A DNA stretch of 33,763 nucleotides from Guillardia theta CCMP2712 (Eukaryota > Protista > Cryptophyta), in NCBI RefSeq assembly GCF_000315625.1, contig NW_005434663.1, positions 1,064,360 through 1,098,122 of the forward strand, given 5' to 3'. The position numbers and the translations under genes are program-made. Below, one piece after another: positions 21,138 to 31,619 of this stretch (position 1 is the first letter of the stretch; each line of letters opens with the position of its first letter). A model generated the notes under the pieces. The model was not told the origin of the DNA, ran no database searches, and worked only from the letters and a program-made list of their open reading frames with translations.

Positions 21138-23931
21138 ATGGATTTTTTCACAAGAACTGGTTCCTCTGACAAGAAGAAAAAGGGTGAAAAAGCCAAGTCC
21201 AAGAAAGGTTCTTCAAAGGATCAAGGTCATATTGACTATTTTGTTTCATCGTCTTAACTCGCCTCCATGTAGGAAGTGCTGAAGGGATCGCCAGCTTCTT
21301 GCAGTCTCTCGGAAACTCAATTTCTGGTTCTGTCGGAAATGGATCGATACGGGCCAAAAGCATCAACAAGAACCAGGAGGCGAGCAGAGCAAGCACCAAG
21401 TCCAAGCGAGGAGCCAAGAGCAAAGTGGCTCGAAGTGGGATCGTGGCCAAGAGCGGGATAAACGCGGGCAATCAATTCAGCAGGGAGAATGTGCTTATGG
21501 AATATCGGTCGGCTACTCTAGGTACTCAGCTGACTGAGGCGCTTGCCGACGACACGCTGGCGGATGTGACTTTCATTGTCGGCCCCGAGAGAAAAGTAGT
21601 GAAGGGTTTGAGGATTGTGATTGCAGCAAGAAACAAGTTCTTCAAGAGCATGCTCTATGAATCGAAGATGGAAGATGGTCAGAACGAAAGCAAGCTGCTG
21701 TTGTTCTCCTGTCCTGCCCTGCCCCTGTCCTGTCCCTGTCCTATTACCTCTCCTGTCCTCTCACTTCCTCCTTTCCACGTCTGATGCCTTGCAGGATCTT
21801 TGCAAGCCACGTTTGAGCTACCAAGCGCACACGCCGTTTCCTTTGACTTGATGATGAAGTTCATCCATGCCGGCGGCATCTCGTGGGAGCCGCACCAGAC
21901 TGTTCAGCTGCTGGAAGTTTCCATCGACTTCCAAGTCGAGGAATTGGTACATAGACCCACTCCCACTCTCTCTCCCAGTTCCTCCCAGTTCCTCGTCCTT
22001 CAAACCTCCTGCCGCCCTCTTCTGCTTGGTTGCCTTCTCCTGAATTTTTTTCGGCTTACTCATCTTCTCTAAGATGAAGAAATGCATGGAGCTTGTCTCT
22101 GAATCCATGACGGACAATCTTTCACTTGCAGAACTTACCAAGTTGATTCAAATACTTCTTCGAGGTTTAGCTACATTACCCTGTCTCCCTCCGATTTCCC
22201 CTTCTTCCTTCCTTCCCTCCCCTCCCTTCTCTGCTCTCACTTATCGGAGGCGATGCAGGTGAGGGGTTCGATGTGAATCTGCAGCATCCTAAGACGGGGA
22301 CTTCTGCTCTTCACGTCGCCTCCCGTGAGGTGATGCACTTGGTTGATGTCGTTCTTCTATCCCCTTGTAGTCTGACAACTTCATGTTCCTGCCGTGTCTG
22401 TTGCTGCATTCCCTCGCCCGATTTTCTGTGCATTCCTCGTCTGCATATGATGGTTTGCCGATAGGGAGGCGTTGAACTCGTGATCGATCTCCTTTCTCGA
22501 GGCGCCAACTTGAATTGGACAGACATTCATGGAGCTACGGGTGACAGAATTCTCGTCTTGTTACCCCTCATCCCATGACATCATTGTTTTTCTTCATTGC
22601 CCGCTTCTTCTCCCTTCGCACCTTTTGCACCTAATTCCTCTCGCAGCCATGCATCTGGCGCGTAACGCAGAGGTCGCACAACTTCTGATCAACGCCAAGG
22701 CGGATGTGTTTGCAGCAGACAAAGGAGGTGACACAAGATGCAGGGGCTTGAGTACACGACTGAACTGCTGCAGGCAACCCTCCTCTCGTCTACTCCATCG
22801 TGCACAAGCGCAAGGATGTTGCGGAGCTTCTTCTCGTGAGCTTCTTCCTGCTTGTTCTTGTATCCACCAGCCGCTCCCAGGCTATGAACTGCGGCGAAGC
22901 TCTCTTCCGGTCGGTACAGGAAAAGAACGACACCATCAGCAGGAAGCTCAACAAGGGGCGGGTGACGCCCATCACTGAGGTTTTCCTGCCGTCATTGACG
23001 CGCGACTAACGAGGAGGAAGGTCAAGACAAGCCCGACGATGGAGGCGCTGTTGAAAGTGATCGAGCAAGAGGCAGAGCTCTACCCGCTGATGATCTCTCC
23101 TCCCTCCCTCATCGAGGTCGCCCGCGCAGGAAGCACATGGGGCACCAAGTCAGCGCTCGCGCGAGACGAGGACGTAAACCAACGAGACGACAGGTGAGCA
23201 GTGGAGGTGGGGGGGAAGGCGAAGGAAGAACGATACTGTTGCCTGCCACTAACTTTTCTCAAGGGAAGCTGCCAAGCTTTCTCTACCAGGTTACACAGCC
23301 TTGCACTGGGCAGCAGCGATGGGACATTTCGGAGTGATCCAGGTGAAGAGCAGAAAGAGGAGAGGAGGAGAGACAAGCTGCAGATTCTCATCCTCATCAC
23401 AGTGCCTTCTGTCTTCTGACGACATCGAAATCAATCCTACCGACACAGAAGAGGAGGACGGCTACACGCCGCTGCAGCTCTGCATCAATTACAGACAGCG
23501 TCAGTGGGAGGCGTGCGCGGCGCTCATGAGAGCCCATGGAGCAAAGGAACGAGCAAGCTTTGAGTCTGACGAGGACGAGGACGAGGACGAGGAGATGGAG
23601 GGAGCAAGCATGAGCAAGACAAGCATCAACAGAGGAAAGACAAGCGGAAGCTCTGCCCCCACCACCGCTTTTTTCTCTCGTGTCTTCAACAACAGAATCA
23701 CATCTGCAGTCTCCAAGATTGTCGCCCGCCCTTCGACCAGGTGCCGGCCCTGTCTCTCTCCTCTCTTCCAGCCCCCTTCCTTCACACACACACTTCTCTC
23801 TCACCTTCCTGGCCCCCTACTGAGCATGGCCTTGCAGTGCCTCCAAGAAGTGGCAGAGTTCGAAGCGGCAGGGAGGGAGTCGCAAGGTGAGGTCCTCGCA
23901 TTCCTCTTCCAAGAATTCCTCGAGGAAGTGA
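21138..23931 (+). CDS. BTB/POZ-domain and ankyrin-repeat protein, multi-exon
   Basis: BTB: LADVTFIVGPERKVVKGLRIVIAARNKFFKSMLY...SFDLMMKFIHAG...LLEVSIDFQVEEL-MKKC. Ankyrin repeats: GTSALHVASRE, GANLNWTDIHGATAMHLA, GNPPLVYSI, GYTALHWAAAMGH, DGYTPLQLCI. An additional upstream exon is possible. Confidence 0.9.
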
Positions 23932-24091
23932 AGGAGCTTGTGGTTGGGTGTGGCTCTTCTCGTGTACAATACAGTTCCAGTGCTTTATAGCGCGTTATGT
24001 TCTCTCCCGTTGGAATAATGGGACTCTGCCGTATCCTCTCAGCTTGCTAAACCTAGACGCCTTCCCGGTGATTCTTCCATCTCCCTCCCCA

Positions 24092-26447
24092 TCACTTCTC
24101 TTCCGGCTCTCTAACCCTGCTATTCTCCCCTCCATCTTCACCTGTGGCTTGTGCTGCAACTTGCTCGCTAACGACTCTGTCATCCTTCTCGAGCTCTCGA
24201 CATTTCTTGACCATACCGGAAGGGGTTTCTCTGCTTGTCCCTCGTCCCCCTGCATCCGACGGCCTGGTGGCTTTCGACGCGTCCGTGCACACGCTGTACA
24301 TCACTTTGTCCGGCACGATACCGTGCAGCTTTGCCTCCTCCAGGAGTGAAGCTGCTTCCCGTCCCCTTCCCTTGGCGGACAAAGCAGAGATGATGGAAGT
24401 GTAGACAAACTTGGTCTTGTAGGACTCGCTGAGGGAGAGAAAGAGCCCTAGCGCCAAGTCGACCGCTTCCTCGCTCCCGTCTTTGCGCGCTGCGTTGAAG
24501 ATCAAGATGTACAAAAAGGAGGTTGGGATGTGCCCAGCCCCTTGCAGCTCCGCCAACAAGTCCAGCGCCACCCAGAAGCCACGACGAGTGCAGTTGGCTC
24601 TACCTGCTCGAGAAAGTCAAAGTGGACCGTAAAGGCACAGGGAGGGCGGATACGGACCTGCCATGCTGGAGCACACTTCCATCAAACTGGTGTAGCACTC
24701 CAAACAAGGAACGAGCCCTCTGTTCCTCATGTCTTCAAGAAGTTTCAAAGATGATTCAAGCCAATCCCTATGATCAATTCTGTCAAAGAAAACTTTCCGC
24801 TCATTTTCCAGCTCTCACCTGTTGGATAGCCTGGCGCTCGACTTGGCATAGATCAAGAGCATCATCCTGAAGTTTGAAAGCTGTGGCGCAACACCTTCTT
24901 CATCCATTTTCCAAAGAATCTCCTCAGCTGATTCGATGATCAAATTCAACTGCATTGTTTTCACACAATAAAGAAACAGACAAGATGCGCTAGTTTCACC
25001 TGCTTGGGATCGATGGTATTACCTCTCTGCTTGTTCGAAGGTTGATTCAGCACAATGAATTGAATCCCCCGAGCAAGCCCGTGCAGGACAGTAGAGAAAG
25101 TCTTCTGGTCGGGCTTGACTCCTCTTGCTAACATCTCCTTGAAAGCTGCGACCATTCCCTGCAGCATTTCGATTGCATCTTCCCCGCTAGAGCAGGCAGC
25201 AAGGCCACTGGCGTGCATCAGGGCGTTGTAAGTGATGACTGACGGCTTTAAGTTGTCTGTTGCTTGCATCAAAGAGAAGATGTGCTGCGCGAGGTCCACT
25301 GCTCTTCTTCCAAGGTGTTGAGCGCTCTTAGCACAAACATGCAGGAGCGCGTTATAAGTGACCATATCCGGCTCGAGCTCATCCTCGCGGATAAGCTTGA
25401 GGATCTCGATGGCCCTCTCTAAACCCCTCTCATTCTGCTGGGAGCAAGCAGCAATGAGAGAGTTGTAAGTGTACATGTCCAGCTTCATCCCGGCCCTGCG
25501 CATCCCTTGCGTGAGGTCGAACGCTTCAATGTACGCTTCAGAGATGTTTTTGGAAGACTAGATTTCTCGTTAGTTCGCAACTGCCATGAAAGTATTCTCA
25601 TCTCACCTTAAGCATTTTGTTGACCAACTGGTTCGTGAGGAGAAGGTCAGGCATCAGCCCAACGCTGTACATGTTTCGGATTATGGTCAGCGAACACCTA
25701 ATCGCAACTCTGTTTCCTTGCAGAGCCGCACCTGCGTCGTCAGTCAGATCGTCTGCTCTCTCCTTATGCCTTTGCATGACTTGACTCACCCACAGACGCC
25801 TCGAGGAGGAGACAGAAGCTTCGGCGATCCGGAGATACTTGAGCCGAATTCATCAGAGCGAGGATGCAGAGCGCGCGTTGGAGGGCAGCGGAGCCGAGAC
25901 CCTTGGAAACCGCCCTCGAACAGAGAAGGAGGGCTCGGTTGAAAGATGTTAGATCAGGCGTGTATCCCTCTTCCACAGCCATGGCAAGGCGCGCAAATTC
26001 TGACTCCATCTCGCCATCCCTCCATCCCATCTTATGCGGCCTCGCTTCATCGCCGATGCCTGCTCCCTCCATTGCAATCTTTGTCAGCTCCGGCTCCCCC
26101 TTTGGCTCGTTGTTTGCCAACGAGAAGGAGGTCGGCTGCAAGCTCGTGGGAGAACTGGATGCTGTTTGAAGAATCTGCATAAGCTTTGAAGAAGAGCACG
26201 GCTCTCTTGCCATCCGAACTTCAATTTCTCCTCGAGGGCGTGACTGTCTGGGATATACCAATTGCAAGCGCGAGCCAAGGAGAGCAGAGCAAGAGCAGTA
26301 TGCATGCTCGAGTGGCAATCGTATGGGCGTCAGAACGACACCATTGGTAGGCATCCAAGCGAAGGCTGGCGACGAATGACGGCTTACATCCACACTGGAG
26401 CTCCAACCTTGAGCAACAAGGATGAGCAGGAAAGTAACTCTACACAT
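24092..26447 (-). CDS. Pentatricopeptide-repeat (PPR) protein with probable bipartite plastid-targeting presequence
   Basis: PPR motifs: GYTPDLTSFNRALLLC, GMKLDMYTYNSLIAACSQ, LEPDMVTYNALLHVCAK, LKPSVITYNALMHA, GVKPDQKTFSTVLHG, FVYTSIISALSAKGRGREAASLLEEAKLHGIVPDKVMY. N-terminus MCRVTFLLILVAQGWSS...SPAFAW. Confidence 0.9.
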
Positions 26448-26929
26448 TAGGTACAATACAGTAGCAGCTGCTGCTCAAGGGACACCCTGAAAAGTTTCAA
26501 ACAACACTGTCGTCTTCAAAATCAATGCACATCAACTCCATGCACCGGCATAATGTTGTCTGAAATCGTCTCCACAAAACTTGATCGTCAATCAAATCCT
26601 CTTATGCCCTCATCTTCTTGAACAAAGCGTCTCTTGCTACCATTGCAAGACATTTCTTCTTCTCTTCTCAAACTTGACAGAATGGTTGACGACTTCAATG
26701 CCCATACCTCCATTGTCCTCAAATAATAATAAAATGCTGATCATGCACCACACCCTGAGTATAAGAATGTCGAACAGGGTCATTGATGCTATAATCAATT
26801 CGAAAATGTCAGAAATTATTTGAAAAAGTCAGAAAATAATATCAAATATAAATCAAATCCTATTATAGACTATGAAAAGGAGTCGGATTGGACGCTGCAC
26901 AGAAAAAATTACACCTTCCTTTAAACACT

Positions 26930-27120
26930 TCGTAGGGGTAGGGTACCCCCCAAATCCTCTACTACCCCTCAGTTCAACAACAACTACTACTATTTTAAGT
27001 GACCCCCTTCTTTATAGACAGAAGAGGGGTCCTACCATAGAACAACAACCTAGAGGCAGGGTGGTCCATGCAAGGTGGCCGGGTGGATACAAGCAATCCG
27101 ATCCCCGGTCACGGTCGACG
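26930..27120. repeat. Short GGGGTAGGGTACCCC/CCCCT-rich intergenic element
   Basis: Same motif vocabulary as 7340-8490 and 19470-20160. Confidence 0.45.
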
Positions 27121-27308
27121 TGACGGAATTCAAGGACTGGATCTCGCAGGGCACTTTTTTCAAATTTTACCAAAAAAGAGAATCCTAAGCTTTTTTTGGA
27201 GGCGCCCTACATCTTGGGATAAAAAAAAATTGCGAGCGAGCGATGGTGAATGTGTAAATGGGTGGATGCGAGAGGGAAGGAGGGAGAGCTGCCACGGGGG
27301 TAGAACTA

Positions 27309-27357
27309 CGAAGACGAATTTATGCTAAAGAACAAGCGAAGACGAATTTATGCTAAA
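27309..27357 (+). repeat. 21-bp direct repeat CGAAGACGAATTTATGCTAAA x2 (28-bp period)
   Basis: Directly visible. Confidence 0.9.
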
Positions 27358-27760
27358 TCAGCACAATGGGATGGAGGCCTCAATGGTAACATGCCCGGGT
27401 TTCGGGGATTACGTGACATTGCTGGTTGCAAGTCGAAAAAGAGGTATACGAAAAGTAGAAAACATTAAAAAGAGCGATAGTGACATCCGAATCATTGGTA
27501 TCATGAGATAGAACTCACATTTCTCTGATAGACTGTGAGGTTTTGACAATTGTCATCATCGCGCTTTTTGCTTTAATCATCCTTAAACCTGGTCGCGGCC
27601 TGGCTGCCATTGCGATTTCCTGCAAACTTACCCACCCCCTCCCCATCAACATACCCTCTATCATTGAGGGAAAGACACCGGTCCTAGACCCTTTTATCGC
27701 GAGTTCCACCCCCGTGCCCCCGTGGAGGGAGAGCGAGCGAGCGAGTGAGAGAAAAACTGA

Positions 27761-28128
27761 GAGACAGAGACAGAGACAGAGACAGAGACAGAGACAGAGG
27801 CAGAGACAGAGACAGAGACAGAGACAGAGACAGAGACAGAGACAGAGACAGAGACAGAGACAGAGACAGAGACAGAGACAGAGACAGAGACAGAGACAGA
27901 GACAGAGACAGAGATAGAGACAGAGGCAGAGACAGAGGCAGAGGCAGAGGCAGAGATAGAGGCAGAGGCAGAGGCAGAGATAGAGATAGAGGCAGAGGCA
28001 GAGGCAGAGGCAGAGGCAGAGGCAGAGGCAGAGGCAGAGGCAGAGGCAGAGGCAGAGGCAGAGGCAGAGGCAGAGGCAGAGGCAGAGGCAGAGGCAGAGG
28101 CAGAGGCAGAGGCAGAGGCAGAGGCAGA
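27761..28128 (+). repeat. Compound hexamer microsatellite (GAGACA)n grading into (GAGGCA)n
   Basis: Directly visible, with a mixed zone containing GAGATA variants at ~27910-27990. Confidence 0.98.
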
Positions 28129-28221
28129 TGGGAATACAGGCAACCTCCACGTCAAACAAGCCTTCTTGTCAAGCCTAAGTTTGCTCTTTGCCAGCAGGGG
28201 GGAAAGTGCGTCTTGGGTGCC

Positions 28222-30577
28222 ATGTCGCTCGTGTCGCCTCTTGGATTCCTTTGGTTGAGCTCAATTATCATTTCGAGCTCAGAGGTAGGCATAATCCTCA
28301 GTGCTAGATAAAAGCTTTTTGAACTTGTGTTGTTACTGCAGGGATTGTGTTGCCTTCAGTGGACTCGGTTCGATCGCGAGCAGAGTGCTGTTTGTCAGCG
28401 CTCTTGTCTTGGGATACGGGGAGGAAATGATGGCGGAGATGAGAAGAACGCTTCTGTTCAAGAGGGAGCTCCACACATGTTGAGTGTCTATGACATAGCC
28501 ATTGACGCTGCAGATAAGAATGGCAAAAAATCAAGAAAACAATTCACAAATGCCGTCATGCAGGGGAGCTCCAACATTCTTGATCTCGAGATTCTGACAA
28601 AGCAGGACGAAGGGATCGAGGGGGTGCAATCAGAAATCGAGGGAGAACAACAAGAGATGAAAATTGAAGAGATCGGAGATGTACAACAAGAGATCAAAGG
28701 TGTACAACAAGATATCAAAGTTGTACAAAAAGAGATCAAAGGTGTACAAAAAGAGATCACAGATGTGTTGAGAAGGATGCAAGATCAAAATGACCAAATG
28801 CTGAAGGAGGTCCACATGCAGCTTGTGCAGCAGCTTGTAGCGTACCAGCAGCAGCTTGTAGCGTACCAGCAGCAGCTTGTAGAGGACAAGAAGCAGCTTG
28901 TAGCGTACCAGCAGCGGCTTTTAGACAGGGAGAAGCTGCTCTTGGACAAGGATAAGCAGGTTGAGAGGCTTATTCCACGTCCTGTGCAACTTAGAGACAG
29001 TGTGTCAAGACCTGAAGGTGAAACAGAATTGAATGTGGCTATCATGGGTACTAACAGGACTTATGCTAGTTGGCATGCTAAGTTTCTTGAAAGAGCTCTG
29101 GACTACCGCATGCGCAGGAAAGGTTTTACGGGCTAATGAATACGTCAGCTTCTCCGCATGCTTAGGAGGCCACGAGACACTTGGAAACAAGCTCTTCATA
29201 CGAGAGTGCTACTTCGAGATGAGGCGGAAAATTGCAGAGGATTTCAAGTTGGACCCAGAGACGCTAGAGGGCATGGACACCAATCAAGGATGCCATCAAG
29301 TGATCCTCACAGGTACTCCAGGGATCGGGAAGTCCTGCTTCGCATACTTCTTACTTCTTCAGCTCCTCCGGCCTGGTGAGGAAGTAGTGTATCAGATAGG
29401 GAGTGAATATTGGTACTTTGATGGAGAAGCATGGAACCTGTTCATGGATGGATCCGTAGCGCAACGCTTTCTCCAAATGTTTAGGCGCTGGTATATCTGT
29501 GATCTGTACAAAAACCAGGGGAGCTATTCAATGTCACGAACCGCCAAAACAATCATAATCTCTTCACCGAAGTATGGGATGTTCAAGGACATTGTGAATA
29601 CTGGATCGGCGAAGAGATATTTCTTGCCGTTGTGGTCAGACGATGAGATGTCACTCTTCATCATGATGCAATGGGGGCGTATTGACTCCGATGAAGTGAT
29701 GAAGATCGTAGAGGATTGGGGCAATGTGCCGAGAAATATCGTCGTGAAACCTTTAGAGACACTTGAGCAGGCTGTTGAAGGAATAGAATCAGTGTCATCA
29801 CTCAAGAGGAAGATGGATGCAGCAGTGAATGAAGACCTTGGAATGCCATCGAAACTGATTCACCTTTCCCCCAGCACTGACTACAGATCCTTTACCGCTC
29901 GAATATGCTCGAAGAAGGCCGAGACGATGATATTTGAGGCCCTTGTGAAAAGGGATTGGGATCATGTTGTCGACTTTGCTTTTTCGAGTCCTAATTCTGG
30001 CTATGAGTCAGCAGCAGGTGTAGCTTTTGAACACATTGCGCATGAGGTGCTGAAGGGAGGAGGAAAATACAATCTGCGAAGGCTGGAGAAGGATAAGGGC
30101 GATAGAAACGGGTTAAAGAAGCTGAAGTTGAAGAGATCGCAACCGTACATTGAATTTGCATCATCAATCAGAGACTTGGAGGAGTGGGTGATCATGCCGA
30201 ATGCATACTGTAAGCCAAAGGCATTAAACTTCGCTTGCATGGATGGGATGTCATTGTCTGCCAGCGGGGTTCTCTACATGTTCCAGATAACACGAGCGGG
30301 GAAACATCCTATCAAAGTGGACTCATTGCTCAGCATCTTGAAAGCTCTGCAAGTCAAGAACAAGTTTGAGAGGGTAAACTTTGTGTTCGTTGTACCTTCA
30401 GGGCATGAGGAAATGCCCTGCTGGGGACGAGATCAAGGCTTGACATCTCAGGGAGTGAAGGCAAACCAGGAGCAGGAGAGTCAAATGAGGGGAGTAACTC
30501 AGTATATCATGATGCTTTCGAAGGAGGATGCGATGCGGAGGCCAAGGGGATTGAGTTTCGCTCCGCAGCATACGTAG
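28222..30577 (+). CDS. Crinkler/RHS-type protein: signal peptide, LGIRGG, coiled coil, P-loop NTPase, REase-fold nuclease; join(28222..28284,28342..29017,29058..30577), 752 aa
   Basis: Two GT-AG introns join the frames in phase (GAG|GTAGGC..CTGCAG; GAAG|GTGAAA..TACTAACAG). NTPase motifs: KLFIRECY, Walker A ILTGTPGIGKS, Walker B WYICD, IISSP, FLPLWSDDE, WGNVPR. Nuclease motifs: GVAFEHIAH, PKALNFACMDG, FQITRAGKHPI, FVFVVP. Confidence 0.85.
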
Positions 30578-30741
30578 TCAATCGTAAGAGCAGCGCCAAG
30601 GGAGTAGTTGGAACCTGGGAGGACGCGACAGAAGAAGAGAAGTTTTTGCACTTAGACAGTCGCCTTGCAAGATTGTGCTTCAAAGACTTTAGAATCGTCA
30701 GAATTCCTGTTTTGCACATGTAGGCGATCATTTCGAAATAT

Positions 30742-30940
30742 ACAAAGTTGCCAGTGCCCAGCAATCTTTGCGTTGTGAGATGAGGACATTCGTCACGACG
30801 TGGCGCCTTCCTCAGTGAAATGACTAGACGCTATCCGATAGACTCTTCCACTGACAAACCGTGCTGGCAATACGCAGAAGGAAGTTTGTTTTGCAATGAT
30901 GGTGTGAGTTGCTGCCGTGACCTGCTTTCAACTCACGTCA
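30742..30940 (-). ncRNA. Candidate omegaRNA-like structured region downstream of the Fanzor/TnpB relic
   Basis: Inverted repeats GTGAGTTG..CAACTCAC (30904-30936), TGAGGA..TCCTCA (30781-30814) and CAAAG-TTGC..GCAA-T-CTTTG (30743-30770). Position is 3' of the RuvC-III-like motif. Confidence 0.3.
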
Positions 30941-30944
30941 CTGA

Positions 30945-31393
30945 TTACTCTATGAGCAGGATGTTCAGTTCAACATTTACATGCGGCGAGATAATATCCG
31001 ACCTCTTGAACATCTGGTGGATCCACACCATTTCAAACCTCGTACCTCAGTTGCCACTGCTTCAAAGCCCCGCCGTTTCTCTTCGATTTGCATCGATAAC
31101 AATTCTTTGTCGCCCCATACTTGTCAATGTCCACAACCTTGTAGTATTCCATGTGCTAATACAGGTTCACTTCGGTACAGGCTGCCTCAAGAGCGAAGTA
31201 AGGCAATGGCACCCTCAGACTGTCGTGTATTCGTGCTTCAAAGATAGGAGCCGCCTACGGCGAATAGGGCGCCCACCTCGTGAGCCTTGGAGGATTTGGA
31301 CAACTCAAGCACCTCGCGTCATTCCTCTGGGTGCTGATATTGACCCACTTGGAGACGCCAGATCATGGAAAGCTTCCCTGTACTGATCACCCT
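30945..31393 (-). pseudogene. Degenerate Fanzor/TnpB-like RuvC-zinc-finger nuclease relic
   Basis: Ordered motifs across frameshifts: RVIS-TGKLSMI (31361-31393, RuvC-I-like, lacking DP), YKVVDIDKYGATKNCYRC (31090-31143), EVRGLKWCGSTRCSRGRILSR (30986-31048), HVNVELNILLIE* (30945-30983). Compare the family pattern VxVDEYxTTKxCxxC...VRGLxWCxSxxC...RDVNAALNIL. Confidence 0.68.
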
Positions 31394-31459
31394 CCCACGA
31401 TTCCCTGCCCGGCGGCGCCTCAAAGGTCTGCTCTCCTTCTCCGGTGCAGCTGGTTTGTC

Positions 31460-31616
31460 ACATTTGCCGCAATGGTTTACCTCGCCTGCCTGGGTCACCA
31501 CAGACGCACAGACGTGATGGAAGAGCTGCTTGCGCTTGCACAACTTGCATGTTTTCAGTTCTGAGTTTGGTTGGTTGGACATGATACACGCCGATGCAAA
31601 CTTGAAACAAGCAAGA
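31460..31616 (-). CDS. Exon encoding a PHD-like (C4HC3) zinc finger
   Basis: After the acceptor TGATCCAG the frame reads C-FKFASA-C-x12-CKLC-x6-HHVC-x12-CGKC and stays open into the RuvC-I-like segment. Confidence 0.55.
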
Positions 31617-31619
31617 CTG

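Noticed and set aside
20464-21169. Long repetitive ORFs in several frames
   Set aside because: Artefacts of a stop-free 12-mer minisatellite spanning an N gap.
27515-28311. Poly-CL / RD / RG / SA ORFs
   Set aside because: Microsatellite translations.
29033-29136. Overlapping ORFs suggesting a gag-pol-like programmed frameshift
   Set aside because: A 40-nt GT-AG intron (29018-29057, ending TACTAACAG) joins the frames exactly, and I saw no canonical slippery heptamer.
30820-31386. 188-aa plus-strand ORF
   Set aside because: No recognisable motifs; it is antisense to the motif-bearing Fanzor-like relic.
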